A stretch of 64,000 nt of DNA, from the NCBI GenBank assembly GCA_017889625.1, contig JAGGAD010000013.1, positions 9,842-73,841 of the forward strand, written 5' to 3'. Below, in pieces: positions 39,456 to 48,518 of the stretch. Origin of the DNA: Bacillota bacterium. GTDB lineage: Bacteria; Bacillota; Negativicutes; Sporomusales; CTSoil-080. The position numbers were made by a program, and so were the translations under genes. Positions within the stretch are counted from its first letter, which is position 1. Each line of letters starts with the position of its first letter. The notes under the pieces were generated by a model. The model searched no databases. It saw only the letters and a program-made list of their open reading frames with translations, and was not told where the DNA came from.

Positions 39456-40085
39456 GTGCTAACTGTTAACCAACGGTTGGAAGTTATAGTAACTAACGGG
39501 AATAACCTAGTTCGCTATTCGAGTATAATCGAAGAACTTACTGATGAGCATATGTATTTGGCAATGCCAATGGACAAAGGTGTTCCGGTTTTGCTTTTGC
39601 CGGGCACTGTGGTTCGTGGTAGATTAATAGTAAATTCTACAGTGTGGGAATTTACCGGTAAGTATATTGATAAAGTTGCAATGCCTCTGCCAATGTGGAT
39701 TATTGAAAAGCCTACCGAATTACGAAAAGTTCAATTGCGTAATCATGTCCGGCTTAAGACCATGTTGACTATTAAGATAAAACTGATTGATGATGAGGGG
39801 AATGAAGATGGTCCGCTGGAAGTTACAACTAAAGACATTAGTGGTGGTGGGGTATGTATAATAACGAGGCAGGAGCTTTTACCTAATACAAAATTAACGA
39901 TAGCGATTGACTTGCCTGACTTTGGTTACATCGAAACTGGTGGTGTAGTTTTGCGGGGCGCGAAACTACCTGATCTTGATGTCTATTGGAATGCGGTTAA
40001 GTTTAGTGACATTAAGGAACGGGATCGGGAGTTAATTATAAAATATATTTTTAAGCGGCTCACCCAACAACGCCGCTTAGATTAA
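39456..40085 (+). CDS. PilZ-domain c-di-GMP receptor (YcgR/MotI-like flagellar brake candidate)
   Basis: 209 aa with an N-terminal YcgR-like (PilZN) half. PilZ motifs RNHVR (RxxxR, residues 95-99) and DISGGG (D/NxSxxG, residues 127-132). The start is uncertain: the strong SD gaggaggg (39429-39436) is 20 nt from GTG 39456. Confidence 0.8.
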   Translation: MLTVNQRLEVIVTNGNNLVRYSSIIEELTDEHMYLAMPMDKGVPVLLLPGTVVRGRLIVNSTVWEFTGKYIDKVAMPLPMWIIEKPTELRKVQLRNHVRLKTMLTIKIKLIDDEGNEDGPLEVTTKDISGGGVCIITRQELLPNTKLTIAIDLPDFGYIETGGVVLRGAKLPDLDVYWNAVKFSDIKERDRELIIKYIFKRLTQQRRLD

Positions 40086-40113
40086 GCTTTTTAAGCGAAG
40101 GTGGGATAGATAG

Positions 40114-41175
40114 TTGATAAAAATACTTATAGTCGATGATTCCGCTTTCATGAGAAAAATTTTAAGTGATTTATTTGTTGCTGAAGCCGATTTTACAGTA
40201 GTGGATGTAGCCCGCAATGGCAGGGAGGCCATAGACAAAGTTAAACAGCTTAAACCTGATGTGGTAACATTAGATGTTGAGATGCCAATAATGGACGGAA
40301 TTAGTGCGCTGGAAATTATCATGCGAGAAGTTCCTACTCCGGTAGTAATGGTGAGCAGTCTAACTAAGGTTGGTGCTGATGCGACAATTAGAGCGCTAGA
40401 AAATGGAGCTGTAGATTTTGTTACCAAATCTGAAGGCGCTATATCGGGTATTGATAATATTAGAATGGCACTTGTTGCTAAATGCCGAGCTGCTGCTAGA
40501 GCCAATGTAAAGCAATTGCGTAAAGTAAATGAAGTTAAACCGCAAATAGCTGAATATAAATCGTCTAAAGTCTTTAATTCCCCAACAAATGAGCAAATCA
40601 TAGCCATTGGTACTTCGACCGGCGGGCCTAGGGCTTTGCAAGAACTATTAACTAGATTGCCGGGAAATTTACCCTGTGGTGTAGTCATTGTTCAACATAT
40701 GCCACCTGGTTTTACTAAATCTTTAGCCATTCGTTTGGATTCATTGTGTGCACTTTCGATAAAAGAAGCAGAAAACAATGATATAGTAAAACCTGGAATG
40801 GTGTTTATTGCGCCAGGTGATTTTCATATGACTGTTGAACGTGAGGGAAATAAGACTATAGTAAAACTTAATCAAAGTCCGCCTATCGGTTCACATCGGC
40901 CATCGGTTGATCCCTTGTTTGAATCGGTAGCAAGAGTATATGGAAAGTGGGCTACTGGAGTTATCTTAACCGGAATGGGCCATGATGGATCCCGTGGAAT
41001 GAAGAATATTAAAGATAGTGGTGGTTATACCATAGCCGAGGATCAGTCCACAACAGTTGTATTCGGAATGCCTAAGTCGGCTATCGAACTTGGCGTTATC
41101 GATAAAGTAGTACCTCTTCCGGCAATAGCTTCAGAAATTATCCGTTACCTGCAAACTAAACACGGAGGTGTCTAA
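40114..41175 (+). CDS. cheB: Chemotaxis methylesterase/deamidase CheB
   Basis: 353 aa. Receiver domain (ILIVDDSAFMRKIL, TLDVEMPIMDG) plus methylesterase domain (IGTSTGGPRAL, VQHMPPGFT, GMGHDG). Confidence 0.93.
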   Translation: MIKILIVDDSAFMRKILSDLFVAEADFTVVDVARNGREAIDKVKQLKPDVVTLDVEMPIMDGISALEIIMREVPTPVVMVSSLTKVGADATIRALENGAVDFVTKSEGAISGIDNIRMALVAKCRAAARANVKQLRKVNEVKPQIAEYKSSKVFNSPTNEQIIAIGTSTGGPRALQELLTRLPGNLPCGVVIVQHMPPGFTKSLAIRLDSLCALSIKEAENNDIVKPGMVFIAPGDFHMTVEREGNKTIVKLNQSPPIGSHRPSVDPLFESVARVYGKWATGVILTGMGHDGSRGMKNIKDSGGYTIAEDQSTTVVFGMPKSAIELGVIDKVVPLPAIASEIIRYLQTKHGGV

Positions 41176-41176
41176 A

Positions 41177-43219
41177 ATGGATGTAAATCAGTATATGGGA
41201 ATGTTCTTGGAAGAATCTCGGGAGCATCTTCAAGCTCTAAACAGTTGTGTACTAGACCTAGAAAATGACCCAACTAATTTATCATTGCTTGATGAAATTT
41301 TTAGAAGTGCGCACACCATAAAAGGCATGTCGGCAACAATGGGATTTACTTCAGTTGCTGAACTTACTCATGAGATGGAAAACATTCTCGATCTTTTGCG
41401 CAAAGAAAAGTTAAAAGCGGACGAAGCAATACTTGATATTCTGTTTAAGTGTATTGATACACTAGAACAATTAGTAGAAGCAATTGCCAGCGGTGAGGAA
41501 GCTGGAATTGATATCAAGCCGCTTGTTGAGACCTTAGTTAGACTTGCTACAGGCGAAACTAAACCTAAAGAAGCTAAACCTAAAGAAAAAGAGACACCAA
41601 AAGTTATTGATGATGCTAAAACCAGTAATATGATTATTGACGATACTGAGGCTAATGTAATTAATGTTGCTAAAAGCCAAGGTATATGTGCTTATGAAGT
41701 ACAAGTAACTTTACGTGAAGGTTGCATTTTAAAATCTGCACGAGCCTATATGGTGATGAATGTACTAGATGAACTTGGTGATGTGATAAAAAGCGTACCT
41801 TCAGCCGATGATCTTGAAAAAGAAAACTTTGCACTAAGTTTTAGTGTTGTAGTATTGTCGGATGCCGAGATAGAAAAAATTCAAAGTGCGATAATGTCAA
41901 TTTCGGAAGTCGATGCTGTTACAGTGTTGCCGTTACCTGAAATTGAGGAACCATCAGTAAAAGAACAACCGCAAAGTAGTGTGAATGAAGCGGTAAAAAC
42001 TACTCAAGTAGCTACGCCTACTGTTAAGGCAAGCCCGGCAGCTGAACACCATGACAAAAAACTTAAAAGTGGACAATCAGTGCGGGTGGATATTGATAAA
42101 CTGGACTCGCTATTAAATTTAGTGGGTGAATTGGTAATCAACAAAACTAGATTGGAACAAATTGGTTTAAGTCATCATTTGACCGACTTGACAGAAACCA
42201 TAGAACAAATGGATCGGGTAACTACTGACTTACAGTCTGTAGTCATGAAAGTTCGGATGGTACCGGTAGGACAAGTTTTCAACCGATTTCCGCGAATGGT
42301 GCGTGATCTTTCCCGTGATTTAAACAAAGAAATAAACCTAATTATTCAGGGGGAAGAAACCGAACTTGACCGAACTGTAATTGATGAAATTGGCGATCCA
42401 TTAGTTCATTTGTTGCGTAACTCTATTGACCATGGGGTTGAACATCCGGCTGACCGTCAAGCTAAGGGAAAAAATCCTATTGGTGAAGTTAGGCTTATTG
42501 CTAGACATGAAGGCAATAATGTACTAATTATGGTTGAAGATGATGGTGCCGGAATAAACCCAGATATTATTAAAGCAAAATCTGTAGAAAAAGGCCTTAT
42601 TACGCAAGCTGAGGCTGATAAAATGGAAAATGCCGATGCGGTGCGACTAGTATTTTTACCTGGATTCTCTACCGCCCAAACCGTAACTGACGTTTCAGGA
42701 CGCGGTGTTGGGATGGACGTAGTAAAAACCAAGATAGAAGCTTTGGGTGGAATGGTTGACGTTGAAACAAAGGTTAATCAAGGCTCAAAGTTTAAAATCA
42801 GGTTACCGTTGACATTAGCAATAATTCAAGCTCTTTTAGTCGATGTATGTCAGGAAATATATGCCATTCCGCTTGGTTCCATTGATAGCACAATTAATAT
42901 TAAACCGAGTGATATAAAAACTATTCAAGACCAGGAAGTAATTTTGCTCCGCGGTCAGATCATTCCAATTGTTAGGTTGGATAAAAAACTTGGTGTTGAA
43001 AGTGCAAGTGATGAAAATAAAGATGAACTGTTTGTGGTTATTGTTCATATGGGTGAGCAAAAAGCCGGAGTAATAGTTGATACGTTGATTGGCCAACAGG
43101 AAATTGTAATTAAGTCGCTTGGTAAACTTTTGGCAGGCATCAAAGTGCTTGCTGGTGCAACGATCTTGGGTAATGGGCAAGTAGCACTTATTCTGGACGT
43201 CGGAACATTAATGCAGTAA
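41177..43219 (+). CDS. cheA: Chemotaxis histidine kinase CheA
   Basis: About 680 aa. HPt FRSAHTIKGMSATMGF, N-box HLLRNSIDHGVE, G1 DDGAGI, G2 SGRGVGMDVV, and a C-terminal CheW-like domain. Confidence 0.95.
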   Translation: MDVNQYMGMFLEESREHLQALNSCVLDLENDPTNLSLLDEIFRSAHTIKGMSATMGFTSVAELTHEMENILDLLRKEKLKADEAILDILFKCIDTLEQLVEAIASGEEAGIDIKPLVETLVRLATGETKPKEAKPKEKETPKVIDDAKTSNMIIDDTEANVINVAKSQGICAYEVQVTLREGCILKSARAYMVMNVLDELGDVIKSVPSADDLEKENFALSFSVVVLSDAEIEKIQSAIMSISEVDAVTVLPLPEIEEPSVKEQPQSSVNEAVKTTQVATPTVKASPAAEHHDKKLKSGQSVRVDIDKLDSLLNLVGELVINKTRLEQIGLSHHLTDLTETIEQMDRVTTDLQSVVMKVRMVPVGQVFNRFPRMVRDLSRDLNKEINLIIQGEETELDRTVIDEIGDPLVHLLRNSIDHGVEHPADRQAKGKNPIGEVRLIARHEGNNVLIMVEDDGAGINPDIIKAKSVEKGLITQAEADKMENADAVRLVFLPGFSTAQTVTDVSGRGVGMDVVKTKIEALGGMVDVETKVNQGSKFKIRLPLTLAIIQALLVDVCQEIYAIPLGSIDSTINIKPSDIKTIQDQEVILLRGQIIPIVRLDKKLGVESASDENKDELFVVIVHMGEQKAGVIVDTLIGQQEIVIKSLGKLLAGIKVLAGATILGNGQVALILDVGTLMQ

Positions 43220-43231
43220 AGGGGTGTAAAT

Positions 43232-43616
43232 ATGTCTGAGAATATGTCGGAAAACTATGTTTCAAATGGCGACACCCAGTTAGTAGTATTTAAATTGGGG
43301 CGGGAAGAATATGGGGTAAGCATACTGCAGGTACAAGAAATTAAACGGATGATAGAAATTGCCCGCGTTCCCAACTCGCCAAGCTATATAAAAGGTCATT
43401 GTTAAAATTGAAGAGACTGTTGTGGGTATAATTGTTGATGCAGTGTCCGAGGTTACTTCAATTGACTCGAAGAGCATTGAACCACCGCAAACGATTGTTA
43501 ATGGAGTTAATGCTCAATATCTAACCGGTGTTGGAAAACATGATGATCGATTAATAATATTGTTAAACCTAGAAGCAATTGTTGGATTTGATCAAGAACC
43601 AGGGAAAAATAATTAG
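43232..43616 (+). pseudogene. cheW: cheW disrupted by an internal frame-shifting deletion
   Basis: Frame A (43232-43405) reads MSEN..LVVFKLGREEYGVSILQVQEIKRMIEIARVPNSPSYIKGHC*. Frame B (from 43392) reads KVIVKIEETVVGIIVDAVSEV...DDRLIILLNLEAIVGF*. The conserved VINLRG..IPV.DLR block that joins these parts in other CheW proteins is absent. Confidence 0.8.
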
Positions 43617-43646
43617 AATCTTAGTTCGCTAAAAAGGGGTAAAACA

Positions 43647-44267
43647 ATGACGGAAGACATATTAAAGCTATCTGATTCACAACTGGATGCTTTAAAAGAA
43701 GTTGGCAATGTTGGTGCTGGCAATGCAGCTACGGCTCTGTCGCAGATTATCCAGCGAAAAATAGATATGGCTGTGCCTCAGGTTGCAATATTGCCATTGG
43801 GTGAAGTTCCTGACGTTGTCGGGGGACCAGATACGATGGTTGCTGGTGTTTTTCTAAGAGTATATGGGCCAGCACCGAGCAGTATTTTGTTTATATTGCC
43901 GAGAGAGAGTGCCTTTTATCTTGTTGACACCCTAATGGGGCGCACTGATCGTAAGGAAGATATTCTAGATGATATGGATCAGTCAGCACTATTAGAGATT
44001 GGAAATATTCTTGCAGGGGCTTATCTTAATGCCTTATCGTACTTTACAAAATTTACGATGTTGCCGTCCATTCCTGCATTGGCTATGGATATGGCTGGCG
44101 CTATTTTAAGTATTATTTTAATTCAGTTGGGACAAATGGGCGATCACGCATTAGTGATTGAAACCGAATTTACAACTGAAGCGGACGGAGTAAAAGGGCA
44201 TTTCTTCCTTATTCCTGATCCCGGTTCATTAAGCACGATTCTTTCGGCAATCGGGGTGAAGGAATAA
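43647..44267 (+). CDS. cheC: CheY-P phosphatase CheC
   Basis: 206 aa. Duplicated CheC motifs DALKEVGNVGAGNAATALS and SALLEIGNILAGAYLNALS. Confidence 0.9.
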   Translation: MTEDILKLSDSQLDALKEVGNVGAGNAATALSQIIQRKIDMAVPQVAILPLGEVPDVVGGPDTMVAGVFLRVYGPAPSSILFILPRESAFYLVDTLMGRTDRKEDILDDMDQSALLEIGNILAGAYLNALSYFTKFTMLPSIPALAMDMAGAILSIILIQLGQMGDHALVIETEFTTEADGVKGHFFLIPDPGSLSTILSAIGVKE

Positions 44268-44752
44268 TGGCGGAGTTAATCAAAGTTGGTATGGCTGATT
44301 ATAAAGTTGGAGCAAACCCCGCCTCTCTGATTAGTTACGGTCTTGGATCATGTGTTGGCATCGCGCTATATGACCCTGTGGCTAAAGTTGGCGGGCTTGC
44401 GCATATTATGTTGCCTGACAGTAAACAGGCCCGTTCATCAGAAAACCCGGCGAAATTTGCAGATACCTGCCTTCCGCTGATGCTCGCGGATATGATAAGG
44501 GATGGAGCAACTAAAATGCGCATTACTGCTAAAATTGCCGGAGGCGCGCAAATGTTTACTTTTGCTAATGCTACCGATATTATGCGGGTAGGCGAGCGTA
44601 ATTCGGAAGCGGTACGTGTAGTGCTTAAACAATTGGCATTAAAGATAGTAGCCGAAGATACTGGCGGCAACTATGGACGTACAGTAGAATTGAATTTGAC
44701 CAATGGTATTTTTCGGATAAAAACCATTGATAAAGGTGAGAAAGAATTATAA
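44267..44752 (+). CDS. cheD: Chemoreceptor glutamine deamidase CheD
   Basis: 161 aa. Motif GLGSCVGIALYDPVAKVGGLAHIMLP. ATG overlaps the cheC stop. Confidence 0.92.
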   Translation: MAELIKVGMADYKVGANPASLISYGLGSCVGIALYDPVAKVGGLAHIMLPDSKQARSSENPAKFADTCLPLMLADMIRDGATKMRITAKIAGGAQMFTFANATDIMRVGERNSEAVRVVLKQLALKIVAEDTGGNYGRTVELNLTNGIFRIKTIDKGEKEL

Positions 44753-44769
44753 TTGGGGAGGGGCAATAT

Positions 44770-45105
44770 ATGATGAGTAGGCTACGATTTGTGCTAATTT
44801 TAGCGCTTGTCGGGGGGGTCCTTACCACTATATTTGCTTTATACCATGATGTCAGAACGACAACTATTGTGTACCGGGCATTATTTTCCGTAATATTATT
44901 TGGTGCGATAGGTTACCTGTTAATAAGTATAATTGAAAGATTCCTTAAAAAACCAGAGCCAGAGATCTTGGGACAACACATTGAGCTTTCGAGCGACAAT
45001 GCTGTTGGTGAAATTGAACAAAACTATGCCGAAAAAAATGACGCCGATATGAAGTTTAACCCCTTTACGCCTGAACAGTTTGACCGCATTTCAGATAAAG
45101 GGTAA
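44770..45105 (+). CDS. Hypothetical small membrane protein (two TM segments plus acidic tail)
   Basis: 111 aa. SD ggggagggg. TM segments LRFVLILALVGGVLTTIFAL and ALFSVILFGAIGYLLISII. I do not recognise a family. Sits between cheD and sigD. Confidence 0.6.
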   Translation: MMSRLRFVLILALVGGVLTTIFALYHDVRTTTIVYRALFSVILFGAIGYLLISIIERFLKKPEPEILGQHIELSSDNAVGEIEQNYAEKNDADMKFNPFTPEQFDRISDKG

Positions 45106-45131
45106 TGAAATAGCGTGAGGGGGTAATTGCT

Positions 45132-45902
45132 GTGATAGCAAAACGAGAAAATCAAAGCGAAGACCAGTTGATGGAAATTAATAGCATGTGGCTGCTATAT
45201 CAGCAAAGTAGAAATCCTGAACTTCGTGAAAAGCTGATTGAGCATTATATGCCATTAGTGAAAATAGTTACAGGTCGATTATCTATTGGTTTACCTTCCC
45301 ATGTTGATAAAGATGATCTTGCTGGTAACGGGTTCTTTGGTTTAATTGAAGCTATTGAGCGATTTGATATTAGCCGCGGAGTCAAATTTGAGACTTATGC
45401 AGTAACTAGGATTCGGGGTGCGATGCTTGATTCATTGCGGGCTCAGGACTGGATTCCTGCATCAGTGAGGCAAAAGGCTCGTCAGTATGAGCAAGTAGTG
45501 TCCAAACTAGAACATAAATTTGGACGTTCCGCTACGGATGAAGAAATTGCCACAACAATGGGAATTTCTATTTTGCAATTGCATAATCTCTTGAATACAA
45601 TTAGCAGTTGTACAATCATTCCTTTAGATGACTATATAAAAGCCGAAACTCCTTCAGGCGTGGAAACCAATCCTACTAAATATCTTGAAGAAGAAGAAGT
45701 AAAGGCTACTTTAGCTAAAACAATTGGCAAGTTATCGGAAAAGGAACGGTTGGTTGTAACATTGTATTATTATGAAGGGCTGACTTTAAAAGAAATTAGC
45801 CTGATTCTTAAATTGACTGAAGCGAGAATATCTCAACTTCACACTAAAGCCATCTTTAGGCTAAGGGGAGCCTTATCGCGTGTTAAAGCTAGCTTGGTAT
45901 AA
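45132..45902 (+). CDS. sigD: Flagellar sigma factor SigD/FliA (sigma-28)
   Basis: 256 aa. Region 2 FFGLIEAIERFDISRGVKFETYAVTRIRGAMLD. Region 4 HTH LTLKEISLILKLTEARISQLHTKAIFRLR. Confidence 0.92.
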   Translation: MIAKRENQSEDQLMEINSMWLLYQQSRNPELREKLIEHYMPLVKIVTGRLSIGLPSHVDKDDLAGNGFFGLIEAIERFDISRGVKFETYAVTRIRGAMLDSLRAQDWIPASVRQKARQYEQVVSKLEHKFGRSATDEEIATTMGISILQLHNLLNTISSCTIIPLDDYIKAETPSGVETNPTKYLEEEEVKATLAKTIGKLSEKERLVVTLYYYEGLTLKEISLILKLTEARISQLHTKAIFRLRGALSRVKASLV

Positions 45903-45927
45903 TTTGTTTTGAAGGGGAGGGGATGCT

Positions 45928-47541
45928 ATGAGTGACTTTGAAGATACGTCAGGTAATTTAGAACAGGAAAAGCCGCTAAATGGCAGATATCAAATTACCC
46001 TGAATGAAGAGGGAGTTCACTTAGTAGTATATCCACCAAAAAACCAAGGCACTCCGGTTAAAGAAGAGGACATTCTTGCCGATTTAGCAAAACGTAAGGT
46101 TACGGAGTTTGATGGTGGAATTATTAGCCAGGCAGTAAACGATGCTACCGGAAAAAGCGTAAAAATTGGTAAAATGGAGTTAGCAGAACCAGAAATTGAT
46201 GTACGTGTAGACCGGGAACGGATGGAAGCAGAGCTGACAATTGTTATACATCCTAATTGTCGGGCAATTAATCTTAGCGAGGCCATGGATAAGATTAATG
46301 CCTGTGGTGTTACTCACGGTATTGATGAAGTGGCTGTCAAGCAGGCAATTGAGCATCCTGGCAAAACAATGACCATTGCTAATGGAAATCGTCCTGAAAA
46401 TGGCCAGAATGCAAGTATTAAGTATTTTGTTAACTTAGAAAATAAAGGCCGTCCGCTGGAATTAGAAGATGGGCGGGTTGACTTTAAAGATTTGAATTTA
46501 TTTACCGTAGTTAATGAAGGGGACCTTCTGGCAGAAAAAAACGCAGCAACTCATGGTACTGATGGAATTGATGTGTTGGGGCAATCTATTAGTGCTAAAT
46601 CAGGTAAAGATATTTCACTGCCTGCTGGGAAAAATACTAAAGCTGAAGAAGACAAGTTGTATGCTGTGATTTCGGGGCAGGTACAGTTTATTAATAATAA
46701 AATTAATGTGTTGCCAGTTATTGAAATAAAAGAAGATGTTGACTTATCCACTGGAAACATTACCTTTGTCGGAAATGTAGTTATTAGGGGATCAGTGCAA
46801 GCTGGGTTTAAAGTTGTAGCTGACGGTAATGTTGACGTATACGGATCGGTTAGTGGTGGCACAATTGAAGCAAAAAACATTGTTATTCGTGGTGGAATTC
46901 AAGGCATGCAACGGGGCGAGGTTAGTGCCCGCGAGAATCTCACGGCAAAGTTTATTGAAAATGGCCTTGTTTCCGCTGGACAAGATATCATTGTTGCTGA
47001 CGCTATACTTCATAGCAGGGCTAATGCTGGTAAAAGAGTGATTGTTGAAGGTAAGCGGGGAATTATTGCCGGGGGACATGTCATGGCTGCCGATGAAATT
47101 AGAGCAAAAGTAGTGGGAACACATTTGGCTGTAGCCACGGAACTTGAGGTTGGCGTTCCACCTGAAATTCGTGATGAATATCAAATTTTGCGTAAGGAAC
47201 TTAAAGAAGCTGAACATAATTTAGATCAAGCCCAAAAAGCTCTCATTATACTTAAAAATATGAATCAAGTGGAAATGCCGCCGGAGAAACGGGAAATGAT
47301 GTTAAAAATGACAAAAGCCCAATTTCAATTGGCGGGAGCCGTTGATAATATGCGTAAAAGAAGAATGGAAATAGAACTAGTATTTGACGAAACCCGCTAT
47401 GGCCGGATACGAGTCTCGGATATGGTGTACCCTGGAGTAAAGATAGTAATTGGTAACTCAATAAAATTAATCAGAGAAACTTGTAAATTTACATCCTTCT
47501 ATGTCGAAGATGGTGATATAAAAACTGGTACGTATAAGTAA
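45928..47541 (+). CDS. fapA: FapA/DUF342 family flagellar assembly protein
   Basis: 537 aa. Central repetitive beta-helix-like segment (GNITFVGNVVIRGSVQAGFKVVADGNVDVYGSVSGGTIEAKNIVIRGG) and a C-terminal coiled coil, as in DUF342 proteins. Confidence 0.78.
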   Translation: MSDFEDTSGNLEQEKPLNGRYQITLNEEGVHLVVYPPKNQGTPVKEEDILADLAKRKVTEFDGGIISQAVNDATGKSVKIGKMELAEPEIDVRVDRERMEAELTIVIHPNCRAINLSEAMDKINACGVTHGIDEVAVKQAIEHPGKTMTIANGNRPENGQNASIKYFVNLENKGRPLELEDGRVDFKDLNLFTVVNEGDLLAEKNAATHGTDGIDVLGQSISAKSGKDISLPAGKNTKAEEDKLYAVISGQVQFINNKINVLPVIEIKEDVDLSTGNITFVGNVVIRGSVQAGFKVVADGNVDVYGSVSGGTIEAKNIVIRGGIQGMQRGEVSARENLTAKFIENGLVSAGQDIIVADAILHSRANAGKRVIVEGKRGIIAGGHVMAADEIRAKVVGTHLAVATELEVGVPPEIRDEYQILRKELKEAEHNLDQAQKALIILKNMNQVEMPPEKREMMLKMTKAQFQLAGAVDNMRKRRMEIELVFDETRYGRIRVSDMVYPGVKIVIGNSIKLIRETCKFTSFYVEDGDIKTGTYK

Positions 47542-47556
47542 TAATAACCAGCTAGG

Positions 47557-47901
47557 GTGGTGGATAGAGTGACCATAAGATCTATCGACCTGCAAGTTAT
47601 GATTCCACGTTCAACAGAAGTGAGTAAAACCCAGCAGATTGTTGACCATAAAAACTCATTGCAACAGCAAGAAAATGCTCAGGCGTGGCATCAAATTTCA
47701 GAGAATGTGCAGCAAGCAGTACAAAGTGCCGGGAAAAACATTGGTGGCAGAGTAAATGCTAAAAATGGCGGAAAGTCTTCTGCGAAAAGAGAACAGTATC
47801 AGTCTGAAAAAGATGATGATTCATCAGATAGTGATGAGCAGGAAAAAGTTCCTGTTGCTATTGATCCATTACGCGGGAAACTTGTCGACATTAAAACCTG
47901 A
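47557..47901 (+). CDS. Hypothetical protein (Gln-rich, acidic and Ser-rich)
   Basis: 114 aa, no recognised family. Co-directional and tightly spaced after fapA. The exact start is uncertain (GTG 47557, 47560 or 47569). Confidence 0.5.
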   Translation: MVDRVTIRSIDLQVMIPRSTEVSKTQQIVDHKNSLQQQENAQAWHQISENVQQAVQSAGKNIGGRVNAKNGGKSSAKREQYQSEKDDDSSDSDEQEKVPVAIDPLRGKLVDIKT

Positions 47902-47909
47902 GGTGAAAA

Positions 47910-48446
47910 ATGCTTACTGGATGGATAACATTCGTTTTAATAGTGCTATTTTTGGTGTTTTTTATTGTTTATAAGCGAGACATGATTGTGAAAATTTTTT
48001 CTCTTCAAGCTTTAGTACCGACTGACGAATTGCGGCTTCAACTGGAAAAAACCGCTGATCAGGTTATTAGACGCTTAGAAACTCAAATAGCTCATTTGGA
48101 ACTCTTGTTGGAAGAAGCTGATGAAAAAAGTGAACTTCTAGCCAAACAGCTAAAGACTATTGAACTACTTGGAATAGATAAAAAATTATTACCGGAAATA
48201 TCAGTACAAGAATCAGTTGAATTATATTCGCCGCCAGATATCTTGCCTGTGGAGTCTTCCAAGGAAGAAGTTCCTTCCGGTAAAGTAGAGCCAGCTTCAA
48301 TTGAAATCAGAGACGGCATAAACAATGATAAACGTCAGCGGATAATTGCTATGGCCGACCAAGGATATACTGCAATGGAAATTGCTAAAGCCACAGGCTT
48401 AGGTAAAGGTGCGGTAAATTTGTTGCTGCAACTGAATAAAAAATGA
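47910..48446 (+). CDS. Hypothetical membrane-anchored coiled-coil protein with C-terminal HTH-like segment
   Basis: 178 aa. N-terminal TM (WITFVLIVLFLVFFIV), a coiled coil, and C-terminal RQRIIAMADQGYTAMEIAKATGLGKGAVNLLLQL. SD gaggtg. Confidence 0.6.
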   Translation: MLTGWITFVLIVLFLVFFIVYKRDMIVKIFSLQALVPTDELRLQLEKTADQVIRRLETQIAHLELLLEEADEKSELLAKQLKTIELLGIDKKLLPEISVQESVELYSPPDILPVESSKEEVPSGKVEPASIEIRDGINNDKRQRIIAMADQGYTAMEIAKATGLGKGAVNLLLQLNKK

Positions 48447-48489
48447 TTGTATTTACATACTAATTTTGCCTGAATATGATAAAAATAGC

Positions 48490-48518
48490 TTGTTATAGTT
48501 AGATAATTATGATATACT
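48490..48518 (+). promoter_or_regulatory. Sigma-A promoter for rpsB-tsf (TTGTTA-N17-TGaTATACT)
   Basis: ttgtta at 48490-48495, 17-nt spacer, extended -10 tgatatact at 48510-48518. This leaves a leader of about 100 nt before rpsB. Confidence 0.6.

Noticed and set aside
40077-40688. 203-aa minus-strand ORF antisense to the pilZ end and cheB
   Set aside because: It fully overlaps a strongly supported cheB (receiver plus methylesterase motifs). Its composition is low-complexity Ser/Thr/Ala/Leu-rich, typical of antisense read-through, and it has no SD.
43391-43405. Programmed ribosomal frameshift as the explanation for the cheW frame change
   Set aside because: A frameshift alone would not restore the missing conserved residues (about 27-29 aa, the VINLRG...DLR block). 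A deletion explains both the frame change and the missing segment.
43280-43477. 65-aa minus-strand ORF across the cheW lesion
   Set aside because: It is antisense to recognisable CheW-coding sequence on both sides of the deletion junction. It is an artefact, not a replacement gene.
45043-45050. Exact GCCGATAT (SigD -10 consensus) 82 nt upstream of sigD
   Set aside because: There is no TAAA-like -35 at the required 15-16 nt spacing (the sequence there is actat). An 8-mer is expected to occur by chance about twice in 64 kb on two strands, and another copy sits inside folP near 4940.
46792-47217. 141-aa minus-strand ORF inside fapA
   Set aside because: It is antisense to the DUF342 repeat region and has no independent support.
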